From Paramoeba atlantica (taxonomy: Eukaryota > Protista > Discosea), in assembly GCA_977017575.1 (NCBI GenBank), contig CDRNVI010000015.1:248001-312000 (forward strand): DNA of 64,000 bases, given 5' to 3'. The position numbers were made by a program, and so were the translations under genes. Below the pieces are notes generated by a model that saw only the letters and a program-made list of their open reading frames with translations, was not told where the DNA came from and searched no databases. Each line of letters begins with the position of its first letter. The first letter of the stretch is position 1. Below, piece by piece: positions 40,109 through 50,258 of the stretch.

Positions 40109-41697
40109 CTTCCCCCCCCTACTTATGCGCAACCGTTTGACCCGGCCACTTAAGCGCAATTTTGACGCATCGTTCAGAAGAACAGCGCCGCAAAGCGGCG
40201 CGATTTTTTTTTTGTGGTACGAATTTTTGTACCTATTTTCGCCGCTGTTGAAATGGAGAGTCTGCAGATAGTCCCGTTGGGCGTTCAAAAATGATCTCCA
40301 GCGATCTCCTCTGATCCACACTGACCTCCACCGATCTGTACGGCGAGTCTTTGCATGCTATACTGTACTGTACATCAGAGGAACTCTCCTGCCACGTACT
40401 GTACGCTTTTGAAATGATCAGTGCGCCAGCGTGCGGCACCGCCTAGATGTGGGGAGGGTAAAGATAACGTCGGTAACTGCACTACAAATGCATGATAAAC
40501 TAAACTTTAATTTATACACTATTTCGGACCCATGCTGTTAAAAGTCCGTTCTTTTCCTACAATTGATCGGGTGCTCGCAAAAAAGGCGCTTACTCCGTGA
40601 TGTGGTCATTTGAGGGCATAAGTAACCATACAAGCGAAGTACTGTACCTCCTCCCTAGTTATCTCTCACACGTCACCCCCTGTCCGACTGATCTTCCAAT
40701 GAATCGGTAAACCCTTCGAACTTCGAAAAATTACCTACAGCGTTCGCAACCGGTCGCCATTGGTTGCCACCGTTCGACAGCGAGCTACAGGTACCGTCTG
40801 CACCCCCTCCGCTGATGGTACTGACGCCTACCAACTACCATTTTCTTTCATTATTTTTTATAACTATAATTATACACTGCCGACTAATATTATTGAGTTT
40901 TTAATTATTGGCGAAGCTACGCAACTTTTAATTAAAAAATCAATAATTTGTGCCAATAATTTTTGCAGAAATTTGTACACATCGACAAACAACAGGGGCG
41001 GAAAAAACCCAAAATTAGGTCAAAAGGGTTTTTTGTGCTCACAAAAAGATTCAAGATTTTTTACGGGGAAGAAAATTGCTTTTCACCAAAAAATTATTAT
41101 ACCTAGGAGGTACAATAAGTGTCCCTTGGTATAACCAGGAAGGTGGTTTACATCTCTCTAATTTTGTTAAATGCGTTGCGAAGGGCAGGTTATTAAGTGG
41201 TCATTAAGTGAGGGGCTGCGGGTGTGATCTCACATTATTTCACGGCCGGGTGTTGGCATAAAGCCAATCCTGCTCCTACGTCAAATCCTCTCATGAAATT
41301 TGAGTTTTTGTGCAAAATCTATGACACTCTTCTCTAAAAAGTGACTGCCAAGATCAGACCTCATGAGAAATTCAAAAATAGAACAAAAAAAAATGTTTCT
41401 CGCCCAAAATTGACAGCTTTTAATTAAAAAAACAATATTTTTTGTGTCATGAAATTTAGCGATAATAATTTTTGGCTTGGGTGTATTTCATTTTTAGTTA
41501 TAAAATATAATTCATAAAAATTAATGAAAGGGGGAGTATGTAAAAAGCAGCCCCCCAGGTACCCCGCGTACATAACTCATGATTGAAACACGCGCCGCGA
41601 AGCGACGCGAAATTTTTTTTCACCCCTTTTTTTGACCCGGCTACTTATGCGCAATTTTAGGCCAAAACCTGGTTGCGCTTAAGTGGGGGGGGGACAG
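40109..41697. mobile_element. About 1.6-kb non-autonomous TIR element, family B, with IR/DR-like subterminal repeats
   Basis: TA|ct(g)tcccccccctacttatgcgcaacc ... ggttgcgcttaagtgggggggggacag|TA. A 28-bp subterminal direct repeat (26/28) at 40136-40163 and 41631-41658. No intact ORF. Confidence 0.78.
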
Positions 41698-41699
41698 TA

Positions 41700-42627
41700 G
41701 CACCTAAATTGCGCAAAAAATCCAATTATTCTTGAATTCTTCATGCTTCTCGTTACACATGCTTTCATCTATCTTCAAATCCTAGTCTGTTTGCCCGACA
41801 GTTTAGTTCAATCTTTAGTTGGTTGTTCTGGATTTCTACGATGTTATTAGAAACACCTTCGCTGGTAACCCACTCTATTCGGTGGTTTACAACCGGTACA
41901 ACCTGGTTTACAACAAGGTAACTAAGTGCCAAGCTTGCACGCCATCCGTCAACTACACGCCACCGTGCGCGTCCCAGCGCATGGGGCAAATGCAGCACAT
42001 GGGGCGTCATTGTAGACTCTGATCGATTCACTAGGCTTTTTACAAAGACTTTATGTGCCTTATCGGTCACATTACCACCAAGGTGTGGAAACATTGTTGG
42101 TCCTGCTTGGCTCCGATTACATCTCCCCCCTCTTCACCTTACTCGTACAAGTCTCATCTTTTTGCATAAAATTAACGGTTCCTCCTTAAGCCAACGAATA
42201 TCGTGAGCTTGAAACACTAAGAATATTGCTTTCTTGAGAAAAACGAGTAATGGTCTTGACATTCACCTTTGGTGCATAACAACAAACTTATATTACGATG
42301 CTTCCGCTATACCGTAGAGCATAATCAAAGTTTCCTTCGCCGTACTGCGCCGCCGTTTGTTGAACAAGGGTCCGTCCTTCCAGAACTTCGCTCGACAAAC
42401 GTGTCTATCACAACAAAACCAGTAGTTTCCTTTCAGTTTGTATGCGACTTCCTCTGTATGACAGGATTTCCGACAAGAAACGTTCTGAAAAAATAGGTGG
42501 TGCCTACAAAACCACGTTACTATTTGGTCTTCGCTTAAATGAGATGCATACGTACGACGTTCAGAGACTGATACGCACGTTTTTCGCACCCGTGGCAGTC
42601 CATTTAAAATATTATGTTCTTCATTGT
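41700..42627 (-). pseudogene. Decayed Merlin/IS1595 (ISXO2-like) DDE transposase
   Basis: On the minus strand, in order: Zn-ribbon CRKSC..WFCCDRHVC..F..LIMLY; GGTVNFMQKDETCTSKVKRG (first Asp, 42150-42158); LGG..KVFVKSLVNRSESTM; VDGWRA (second Asp); VVNHRIEWVTSEGVSNNIVE (Glu). Interrupted by stops and frameshifts. Confidence 0.8.
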
Positions 42628-43723
42628 TACTGTCCCCCCCCCCTACTTAAGAGTCCGCGGGGTACCCCCCCTACTTAAGAATCCTTTTTGAGAGAGCCTC
42701 GGGCTGCCTGCGGCGCGAAGCGCCGCCAGATTTTTTTTTTGATTTTTTCTCTGTTTTCTTTGATTTTTTTGTTGTCTGCCCATTGCGTTTAGTTGTGTTT
42801 TTAATATTTCCAAGCTATTTATACTTGATGGTACTCCGAGGAAGGGGCAGACTACGGGCATGCATGGTACACAACCATCCTCCTCAACCCCCTTCAACTC
42901 TCTCGCGAACTGATCGAAGTTCCAGAGGTCCGTAAAATTACAAAAAATATTTTATAGTACTATCATAGTACTATAAGCTTTGAAATACTATATATAAAAA
43001 GTATATTTTTTTACTATTTTTCTTAGTAAGTTTTTTCAGAAAGTATTGTTTGAAATGCCGACTCGACGCAATTTATTTTTATCACTCCCGTTTTCTTGAA
43101 AGAGTTCTCACTATTTTTCTCATCATTATGCCCAACAAGCGTCGTGGTCAAGCTCAAATCGTTTTTTCACACTTCGTTGAAGTCGATGGGGAAATCGACC
43201 TACTTTAATTTCAGATGTGTTCCAGCCCAGACGCCTTGTCTTCTTAGGTCACTTTTCCTGTCGAAGTACAATGTGTAAATGTGAAATAGGGGGTAAGTGA
43301 TTCGTCAAATTTCTTCAAAAGATTATGAATTTTGCAGATATTGAATCTTGCAGGCTGTGCGAGGTGTTTTTATGTTTACCTTGCCATTGAATACGCCACG
43401 TCTAGGATCCAACGAGTGATCTAACGGGAACTCGTTGGACAACTGTAATGCGGTTTGCACGCTACAAGGAAAGAGCATTATGGGAAGAACTTGTTGTGAG
43501 CTATAGGGTCCCGTCTTTTTCCACTTCTGGACAAAAACTACAACTCTTTTCACTTTTTTCTACGCGTCAGGGTATCCACACCACTTGCTCCACCTGACAT
43601 CACGTGACCCCTCTAAGCCTCTACACCTCCATCGGCTCTCTCCAGCGAAATTCCTCCAGGTCCATCGCCCGATCTGTCTACCGAGCGCCTTCCTGGACAT
43701 GAAACACTGATAAACACCACATA

Positions 43724-44053
43724 CAGTGTGGGGCTTTATCACGGGACGGGTTAATTAAGGGACACCCCCCATCAAGGCCAAAGTGTCCCGTAATGAACCG
43801 TCCCTTAATTCTCCTTTTTTTTCAAGGCTTTACTATACCTTTTTTTTCCATTATCTTCCTTTACTTGTCTCATTTTTCGTTCCCTTGTCTTACAAAAACA
43901 TTTTTATGTGTGCCTGTTAACTTGCGCGCTCTGTGATTTGGGCGCTACACTTGTAGTTCGTTTGTCCCATTCCAAATATATGACTCCACCCCCATATTGT
44001 CCCTTAAATACCCGTCCCGTAATTAAACCGTCCCGTAATAACACCACGCACTG
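43724..44053. mobile_element. 330-bp nested MITE, family C (CAGTG.. TIR, pogo/Tigger-like)
   Basis: TA|cagtgtggggctttatcacgggacgggttaattaagggac ... gtcccgtaattaaaccgtcccgtaataacaccacgcactg|TA, with reiterated ttaattacgggac-type motifs at both ends. Confidence 0.8.
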
Positions 44054-44060
44054 TAGTTTT

Positions 44061-44112
44061 TATAGTACTATATAGTGTTTATAGTACTATAAACGAGGTT
44101 TATAGTACTATA
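44061..44112. repeat. Three copies of the 12-bp palindrome TATAGTACTATA
   Basis: Perfect copies at 44061, 44080 and 44101; two near-copies at 42953-42975. Confidence 0.85.
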
Positions 44113-44888
44113 AATTTTCTTGAAACACTATAAACTATCTATAAATAGCTTTAGGGATCTCTGCGAAGTTCTTCTCCCCTCCGATCACCCTCCTCACACG
44201 AGAACGGCAAATCTGCCGACCAACCCCCTTCATCTATCTCCTCACCTAGCCACGGTAACGTTCCGCTACCCAATTCCGGGAGCCAACCCCGTTCTCTTTT
44301 ATCCCAAGTGTACGCAGTATTGCTTTACGAATATCATTATATTCTCCTGCATATCAAGGGCCATATTCTGAATATTTATGACAGTTTTCTTGAACATGCC
44401 TCAGTAGCACGTGGGGCTTAACAGTAGCACGTCGGGTACAGACGCCGACTTTCATTAGACAAAAATAGAGGAAAAAAGATAGAGATAAAAAACATAAACA
44501 AAAAGGGAACCGGGAATATTAAATTTTTATGAAAGAATGATGACCCCCCACTTCAGAGTCCAAATGCCCAAAATCGGCGGTCTCTTAAGTAGGGGGGGAC
44601 AGTATATCCTTTAGTCTTATGTCCTTTAATGTTATGTAGACGTGAGCAAGTGTTAAAAGTGAAAGAATACATGTATGACCCAAGGTGCTTATGAATGTAT
44701 TTAGAAGAACCTCAAAAGTCACTTTTGAAATATACACTTTTGAAAAGTGTCTATAAAAAATAGTTTTTTGCGTAATTAAAGTACTACTCCATATTCTCTT
44801 TTCAACTCTACCTTAACGGTTACACATGCAATGAAGTGAATTTGTTCCACCTATCGCTATTGCGCCATCTATTATACTTCTAGCTGTC

Positions 44889-45629
44889 ATGCACTCCGTC
44901 CGCATATCTCTTGATCCCGGCATACGCAACTGGGTTCTATTTCCCCTTGTAGTAATAGTTTTTTGCTTTCTTTTGATTCGACATTATGTGACTGCATTAG
45001 TATCGCCTAACAAAGTTGAAGATGTTCGACAGAAGGAGCTGGTCAAGCCATTGCAGCACGCGAAACTCTTGGAAAACTCTTTCGTTCTACCTCCCGATTC
45101 GTTTCAAAAACACTATGATGAGTTGACAAATACAGAGAACGGTCTGTTGCGCGCACCAGTGAAGAACACTGAGATAGAAGCCATGATGAATCCCGTACAA
45201 ATGAATAAGGTGATGCTTCAACAACTTTCAGGAATGCTACCTAACTTACTGATGATGTCCATCGTATCCTATTTCTTCTCCGGGGTTATCATCGCACGAG
45301 TTCCTTTCACCCTGCCGGAGAGTTTTCGCCCGATGTTGCAAAGGGGGGTTAACCTACCTGCCTTAGACGTATCATATGTGACATCACTTTCTATGTATTT
45401 TTTGCTTCTGTTTGGTTTGCGTGGGGTTGTGAATCTAGTATTGGGGGAGACACCTCAAAGTGAGGGTGTGATAATGCCTCCTGTGTTCCCAGGATCTGCA
45501 CATGGCGTCGACTATGAAAAGCTATACAAACAAGCTCTAGAGGATTTGAAAGTCGTAAAAGCGCACTATAAGTGTAAACTTGACGTTTTTTCTTGCATCT
45601 TAGATGACGCATCCAGCATAGAGACATGA
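44889..45629 (+). CDS. EMC3: ER membrane protein complex subunit 3
   Basis: LDPGIRNWVLFPLVVI..IRHYV, FFSGVIIARVPFTL..FRPMLQRGV.L..LDVSYVTSLSMYFL.LFGLRG. Confidence 0.93.
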   Translation: MHSVRISLDPGIRNWVLFPLVVIVFCFLLIRHYVTALVSPNKVEDVRQKELVKPLQHAKLLENSFVLPPDSFQKHYDELTNTENGLLRAPVKNTEIEAMMNPVQMNKVMLQQLSGMLPNLLMMSIVSYFFSGVIIARVPFTLPESFRPMLQRGVNLPALDVSYVTSLSMYFLLLFGLRGVVNLVLGETPQSEGVIMPPVFPGSAHGVDYEKLYKQALEDLKVVKAHYKCKLDVFSCILDDASSIET

Positions 45630-45834
45630 TATGGCGTTCATCTTTTGTACTTCGGATCGGAGTTGCGAAGCGTTTGAAACAAATAGGATACGAATCTATC
45701 TAAAATGATTGCATGAAATAGTGCTTCAGTTTTGCTGTGCTTTGAATATTTAGCTTTCCGGAGGACTTCATTCTAAAAAAAATGGTTTTTCTCCAGAAGA
45801 TATTGTCACTTTATTCTAATCAATTGTAGTTTCC

Positions 45835-47232
45835 ATGTCGGAAGCTGTCCTCCACATTTTTCCTCCGAGAGGCGGGTTCATGTCCTTACCCGTGAATCCA
45901 TTGTATGATCCCAAGCCACCACGATTGAGCGATGTTGGCGAACATTCTTCCTCGGATTTTGAGGAGGACGTGCCGCAAAAATCTGACTATCCATATTATT
46001 GCGACTCATGTCGCAGTGGTTTCGAAACAGAGGAGACGTATCGCTCGCATCTTACCAAACATATTTGGTGCGATGCCCCTGGATGTCGTTTCACTTGTCT
46101 AAAGGCAAAGGAGTGGAAACTTGAATTACACAAATCTGCCCTACACGACCGTCCTGATGCGCCTGATCTTACCAATACGCATCAATATCTTGAAACGCGC
46201 CGAGATAAATTTCCAACACGTGATAAAGTATTGACCAAAGTCGAGGAATTGGAAATGAAAGCGGCACGAGGTGCAATACTAGATTCCGAACAGCGTCGCT
46301 GGCTACGAATGCAGGGAGTACGATTCGAACGATCCGGAGTCTCAAAAAGGGTTTCGTCCTCGGAGAAACAGACCGTGGAGCAAGGTAGGGATACGCAACG
46401 AGGTTCCAGAGGCTCGGGAATCACTTTGGGGAATATTCGGCAGCTGCGGGGACGCGCTCGTACCTCCGCCATGGTGGAGGTGATGAAAGAAAAATACCAA
46501 GGTTTGCAACGAGCTCCATCCTATTATGTGTGTCACCGCTGTGGAGAAAAGGGACAACATTGGTCCCACGAGTGTCCCACGCAAGGTGACAAGACGTATG
46601 ACCGCAATTTTACACCAGCCGTTCAAAGTCGAAACCAAACTTCTCATGCGGCATCTGTTGAAACTGCACATGATCATATGGAGTGCAATAGTAAAAGAAG
46701 AGTCCTTGAATCCAGTGATGCATCTAGTTCGGGTTCGGAAAGTGATAAATCGAGGAACTCCATTGATAAAAGACACAAGACCAAAAAATCCAGCCATACT
46801 GAAAATTTCGGTGTACAGTCGCTACCGTGTAGTAAATCAGAACAAGGTGACGAACCAATTCAGATTGATAGTTCTGTTGATCCTTTGGCTTCTAAAGGGG
46901 AAAATACCGAGCATGCGGTCCTTCAAGATACTCCTCACCAAGCACGTGAAGCAGTACAGCTGAACTCGGAAGTACAAATACAACATCACTTGCAAAATGC
47001 AACAAACTCTTCTGATCTTCAAAAGAGCACTCCCCATTCAAGAGCACACCAAAACGCGTCTTCAGTCGTCAGGAATACAGCAACGAAGAGGAGAAGAGTT
47101 CCTCCTCTCACATTGTACAACAGACTTACCGAGGATGAAAGGCTCACGGAGAGAGGTCTAATTTTACAGGCTATTCGTTATTTTGTAGCAACAGATTTTT
47201 TAACGAATTACCCAGCGTGGGAGCATGACTAG
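45835..47232 (+). CDS. NUFIP1/Rsa1-like snoRNP assembly factor with two C2H2 fingers and an added CCHC knuckle
   Basis: CDSC..YRSHLTKH-IWCDAPGC..LELH..LH; YLETRRDKFPT (PEP-like); C-terminal LYNRL..ERGLILQAIRYFV..DF; knuckle CHRCGEKGQHWSHEC. Confidence 0.75.
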   Translation: MSEAVLHIFPPRGGFMSLPVNPLYDPKPPRLSDVGEHSSSDFEEDVPQKSDYPYYCDSCRSGFETEETYRSHLTKHIWCDAPGCRFTCLKAKEWKLELHKSALHDRPDAPDLTNTHQYLETRRDKFPTRDKVLTKVEELEMKAARGAILDSEQRRWLRMQGVRFERSGVSKRVSSSEKQTVEQGRDTQRGSRGSGITLGNIRQLRGRARTSAMVEVMKEKYQGLQRAPSYYVCHRCGEKGQHWSHECPTQGDKTYDRNFTPAVQSRNQTSHAASVETAHDHMECNSKRRVLESSDASSSGSESDKSRNSIDKRHKTKKSSHTENFGVQSLPCSKSEQGDEPIQIDSSVDPLASKGENTEHAVLQDTPHQAREAVQLNSEVQIQHHLQNATNSSDLQKSTPHSRAHQNASSVVRNTATKRRRVPPLTLYNRLTEDERLTERGLILQAIRYFVATDFLTNYPAWEHD

Positions 47233-47636
47233 GATTCCTAGTCAATCGTACTAGCTATTGGTGTCACGAAGCAAGCAACTACTCTCAAGAGAAGAAAACA
47301 AACCGTCAAGAGTTCAACGAGCAAATACTGTCAGCCTAAACTAGAGGGAGGTCGACAACCTGCTACTGTTCCAAGTGAGATTTAAGGACTTTATATTATA
47401 AGGAAGTTAATTATAGATTTTATATTAAACTTCTGAATATTGACATTTCCCAGGCCTCTCGTAGCGTCTTGTTACCATGTTAGTACGTTGTTACCTTGTT
47501 CAATGCATTGTATTCCCATTTCGTCCTGTAAATTACACAGTATCTTAACTACAGTAGGTGCCCTATTGTGTAGGAACTGATGAATATTTCTAAATACTTC
47601 ATCGTATTTGGTTACTTCATCGTAAATGGTTCTCTT

Positions 47637-49934
47637 ATGAATCACATTCCCACTACTGTTCTTGGTGGTGACTCGTCGCGGCATAAACGTCAACGAACAG
47701 AAAATAAAAGCATCTCGGCTGTTAGTAAAACCAAAGATAATGCTAAATACTGTGTCGAAGGGTGGACACTTCCATATTCACCGTATACATCACAAGTACA
47801 AATAATAGAAACATTAAGCACTGCGCTTCACGAGGGTTCTCATTGCATTGTCGAAAGTCCTACCGGGACCGGTAAAACACTAGCGCTATTGTGTGCAACT
47901 TTACATTATCATAGCGAACTACGAAAGAAATCACCGATGATGCTTAAACAGGTTATTAGATCTCGCGTAGAGAACAGGGAATCCGAACACCAACTTCCAA
48001 TAACAATTCGAGGTGCGAATCGGTTGAAGAAGGCGATATCTGCACCACGTAATCCTTCACTACTCAATACTGAATTAGAAGTCTTTTGCGGAGAGGAAGA
48101 GAATGGTGACAACCTACTAGAGAGTGGAAACATAGTACCTCCTATTTTTTATGCTTCACGAACACATTCTCAATTAGCACAAGCTGTTTCCGAGTTGCGG
48201 AAGATGAGTAGGGGGAGCGTCCATATGAATCTGCTGGCCGGGCGAAATCAGTATTGTGTCAATGAGAGGGTTCGCACTTCGCTTCCTCATGAGCGAAATA
48301 ACTTAGGGGAAATGTGTGACAAAGCCGTCTTATTGAACCAATGTTCTTCTTGGGAAGGTTACGATGCGCTTGCAGAGCTAGTGTCTTCGAAACCTCATGA
48401 GTGGAACATTGAAGATTTAATTCAGGAAGGAAAGAGCCAGGACGGGTGCCCCTACTACGCTTCTAGAGAATTGGTCAACACAGCTTATATTACATTTTGT
48501 CCTTACAACTATTTGTTAAATCCATTGATTCGACATGAAACGAAAATTGAAGGCAGGATACGACACTCAGTTGTAGTATTTGACGAAGCTCACAATATAG
48601 AAGAAGTGAGTCGGTCATCGCTTGACTGCTTATTATCTTGTGAAGAGCTCTCAGTAGCAATAGATGAGATTGAGCCGTTTATTGGAGGGAGACCATTACA
48701 TTACACTAAAAGCTTTGGGTTTGGAAAGTATCTTCTTGCTGATGCATGTGGACTAGTCGTACGAATCATGCGCTCGATTCTTGAGGTTGTACAAACTTGG
48801 TCTATTGGGAATCACGCAGTTAAAAAACTGATAGAAAAGTTTAGCTTCTTAAGTGATATTGCAACTAAAAAGGAGGAAACGCAGCTGTTTCATGCAACAC
48901 TAAAAGCTTTTTTGAAGTTTGGGGTTACATTTAATCCATTTGACGCCGCCGTTTCATCGATTCACACTTCTAAAAATGTGCTTGTTTTCCTCCACCTTGC
49001 TATTTATCGTCCAAGTGCGTTTACCTTCTTGGTTCGGAAGAACCGGGAAAAGTTTGAAGCATTTTCCTCTGATTCTTCTTTAGCATTTCAACTTCTGGCT
49101 CAAGACGTTGGCGTTATTTGTTTAGCGTCCGGTACATTGGCACCGAAATCTTATATTTCTTCTGAGCTAGGCGTTTCCTTTAGGCATGAAGTGCGCGCTC
49201 AACACACAGTAGACCTAGAAAAGGCAGTACGCATGTTAGTGATTCCTTTTTTGGGTCGGTGTACTTACAGTACCATGTACAGCGACAACTTTGCCGACCG
49301 AGTTGGGGAAACTGTATACTCAGCTGTGAAGGCAAGCTTCAACGGTCGACTTGTATTCGTTCCGAGCTATAAATTTTTGCGGCACCTTCAAGAGCGTTGG
49401 ACAGGTACTGGTTTTATATCTCAGTTTCGTTCCCTAGGTTTGCGTGTTGTTTTCGAACCGCCAGACAGTAGGTTATTTCGTCAAGATTTAGATACCTTTC
49501 GCGCTGCGTCTCGTTCATCTCGGGGTGCCGTGTTGTTCGCCGTTTATCGTGGCAAGGCTGCTGAAGGTATCGACTTTACTGATCACATGGCACGTCTTGT
49601 AATATGCATAGGTATTCCGTATCGTGCTCTTAACGATGAGCGTACTGTTGCGAAAAAGGAATTCAATGACCAATATGGAGTATGTAGTGGAGATGAATGG
49701 TATCTTACGGATGCTATTATTGCCGTTAATCAAGCGCTCGGTCGATGTATTCGACATAAGGACGACTATGGTGCCTTAATGTTAATAGATGAACGTTGGG
49801 AGGCAGAATCTTTTCGAAGTCGACTTCCAAGATGGCTTTCCTCGTCCTTTCGGTCTATGTCAAACTCAAACGAGGTAACAGCAGCACTGGTAAGCTTTTT
49901 CGCTCCCTATTATTCAAGCATAAAGCAATCGTAG
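47637..49934 (+). CDS. XPD-family Fe-S 5'-3' DNA helicase, FANCJ/RTEL1-like
   Basis: PYSPYTSQ, ESPTGTGKT, YASRTHSQL, Fe-S cysteines (RNQYCVN, MC, QC, GCPYY), DEAHN, ASGTL, FVPSY, RGKAAEGIDF and NQALGRCIRHKDDYG. Confidence 0.92.
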   Translation: MNHIPTTVLGGDSSRHKRQRTENKSISAVSKTKDNAKYCVEGWTLPYSPYTSQVQIIETLSTALHEGSHCIVESPTGTGKTLALLCATLHYHSELRKKSPMMLKQVIRSRVENRESEHQLPITIRGANRLKKAISAPRNPSLLNTELEVFCGEEENGDNLLESGNIVPPIFYASRTHSQLAQAVSELRKMSRGSVHMNLLAGRNQYCVNERVRTSLPHERNNLGEMCDKAVLLNQCSSWEGYDALAELVSSKPHEWNIEDLIQEGKSQDGCPYYASRELVNTAYITFCPYNYLLNPLIRHETKIEGRIRHSVVVFDEAHNIEEVSRSSLDCLLSCEELSVAIDEIEPFIGGRPLHYTKSFGFGKYLLADACGLVVRIMRSILEVVQTWSIGNHAVKKLIEKFSFLSDIATKKEETQLFHATLKAFLKFGVTFNPFDAAVSSIHTSKNVLVFLHLAIYRPSAFTFLVRKNREKFEAFSSDSSLAFQLLAQDVGVICLASGTLAPKSYISSELGVSFRHEVRAQHTVDLEKAVRMLVIPFLGRCTYSTMYSDNFADRVGETVYSAVKASFNGRLVFVPSYKFLRHLQERWTGTGFISQFRSLGLRVVFEPPDSRLFRQDLDTFRAASRSSRGAVLFAVYRGKAAEGIDFTDHMARLVICIGIPYRALNDERTVAKKEFNDQYGVCSGDEWYLTDAIIAVNQALGRCIRHKDDYGALMLIDERWEAESFRSRLPRWLSSSFRSMSNSNEVTAALVSFFAPYYSSIKQS

Positions 49935-50258
49935 CAAGAAATTACGTGTCACAGAACCGTACGTTTTTGGCCATACCTCTCTTTCAGAGTTGTCTATCAC
50001 AATTCTCTTATACATACATACAGTATGCATTACCGTATGTATCACCGTTAATGCCCCCTGGCTTTCCAACGACGAAAACAGCGAAAATTCAGGATTTAGT
50101 GTAAAGTGAGGGGGTGCGCAAAGTGAGGGGGTGTGCAAAGTCATGATGGTGGGTTGAAGGGATGAAAAAAAAATGTTGCGAACATTTTACTTTACTTCAT
50201 TAACTTTCCTTTACGGGTAATTTACAGCCGTAATCTTATTTCCTGTTAGTTTATTTCC

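Larger units (their letters stand above)
42630..44602. mobile_element. About 2.0-kb non-autonomous TIR element, family B
   Basis: TA|ctgtcccccccccctacttaagag ... ctcttaagtagggggggacag|TA. The TIR core cccccctacttaaga repeats at about 42665. Contains TATAGTACTATA arrays and a nested MITE. Confidence 0.85.

Noticed and set aside
43340-43405. Cys-rich stretch SCRLCEVFLCLPCH*IRH resembling a piggyBac C-terminal or B-box finger
   Set aside because: It is short and stop-interrupted, with no adjacent DDD core, and the enclosing element has TA rather than TTAA flanks. Too weak to call a transposase remnant.
42953-44112. CRISPR-like array suggested by repeated palindromes
   Set aside because: The repeats are 12 bp with 7-9 bp gaps, there are no unique 30-40 bp spacers and no cas genes, and the context is eukaryotic.
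39960-44700. Outer Merlin TIRs/TSD flanking the whole nest
   Set aside because: Only a weak AT-rich match (tctaacataaaatt versus the reverse complement near 44630) was seen, with no GG-starting TIR or 8-9 bp duplication, so boundaries were not called.
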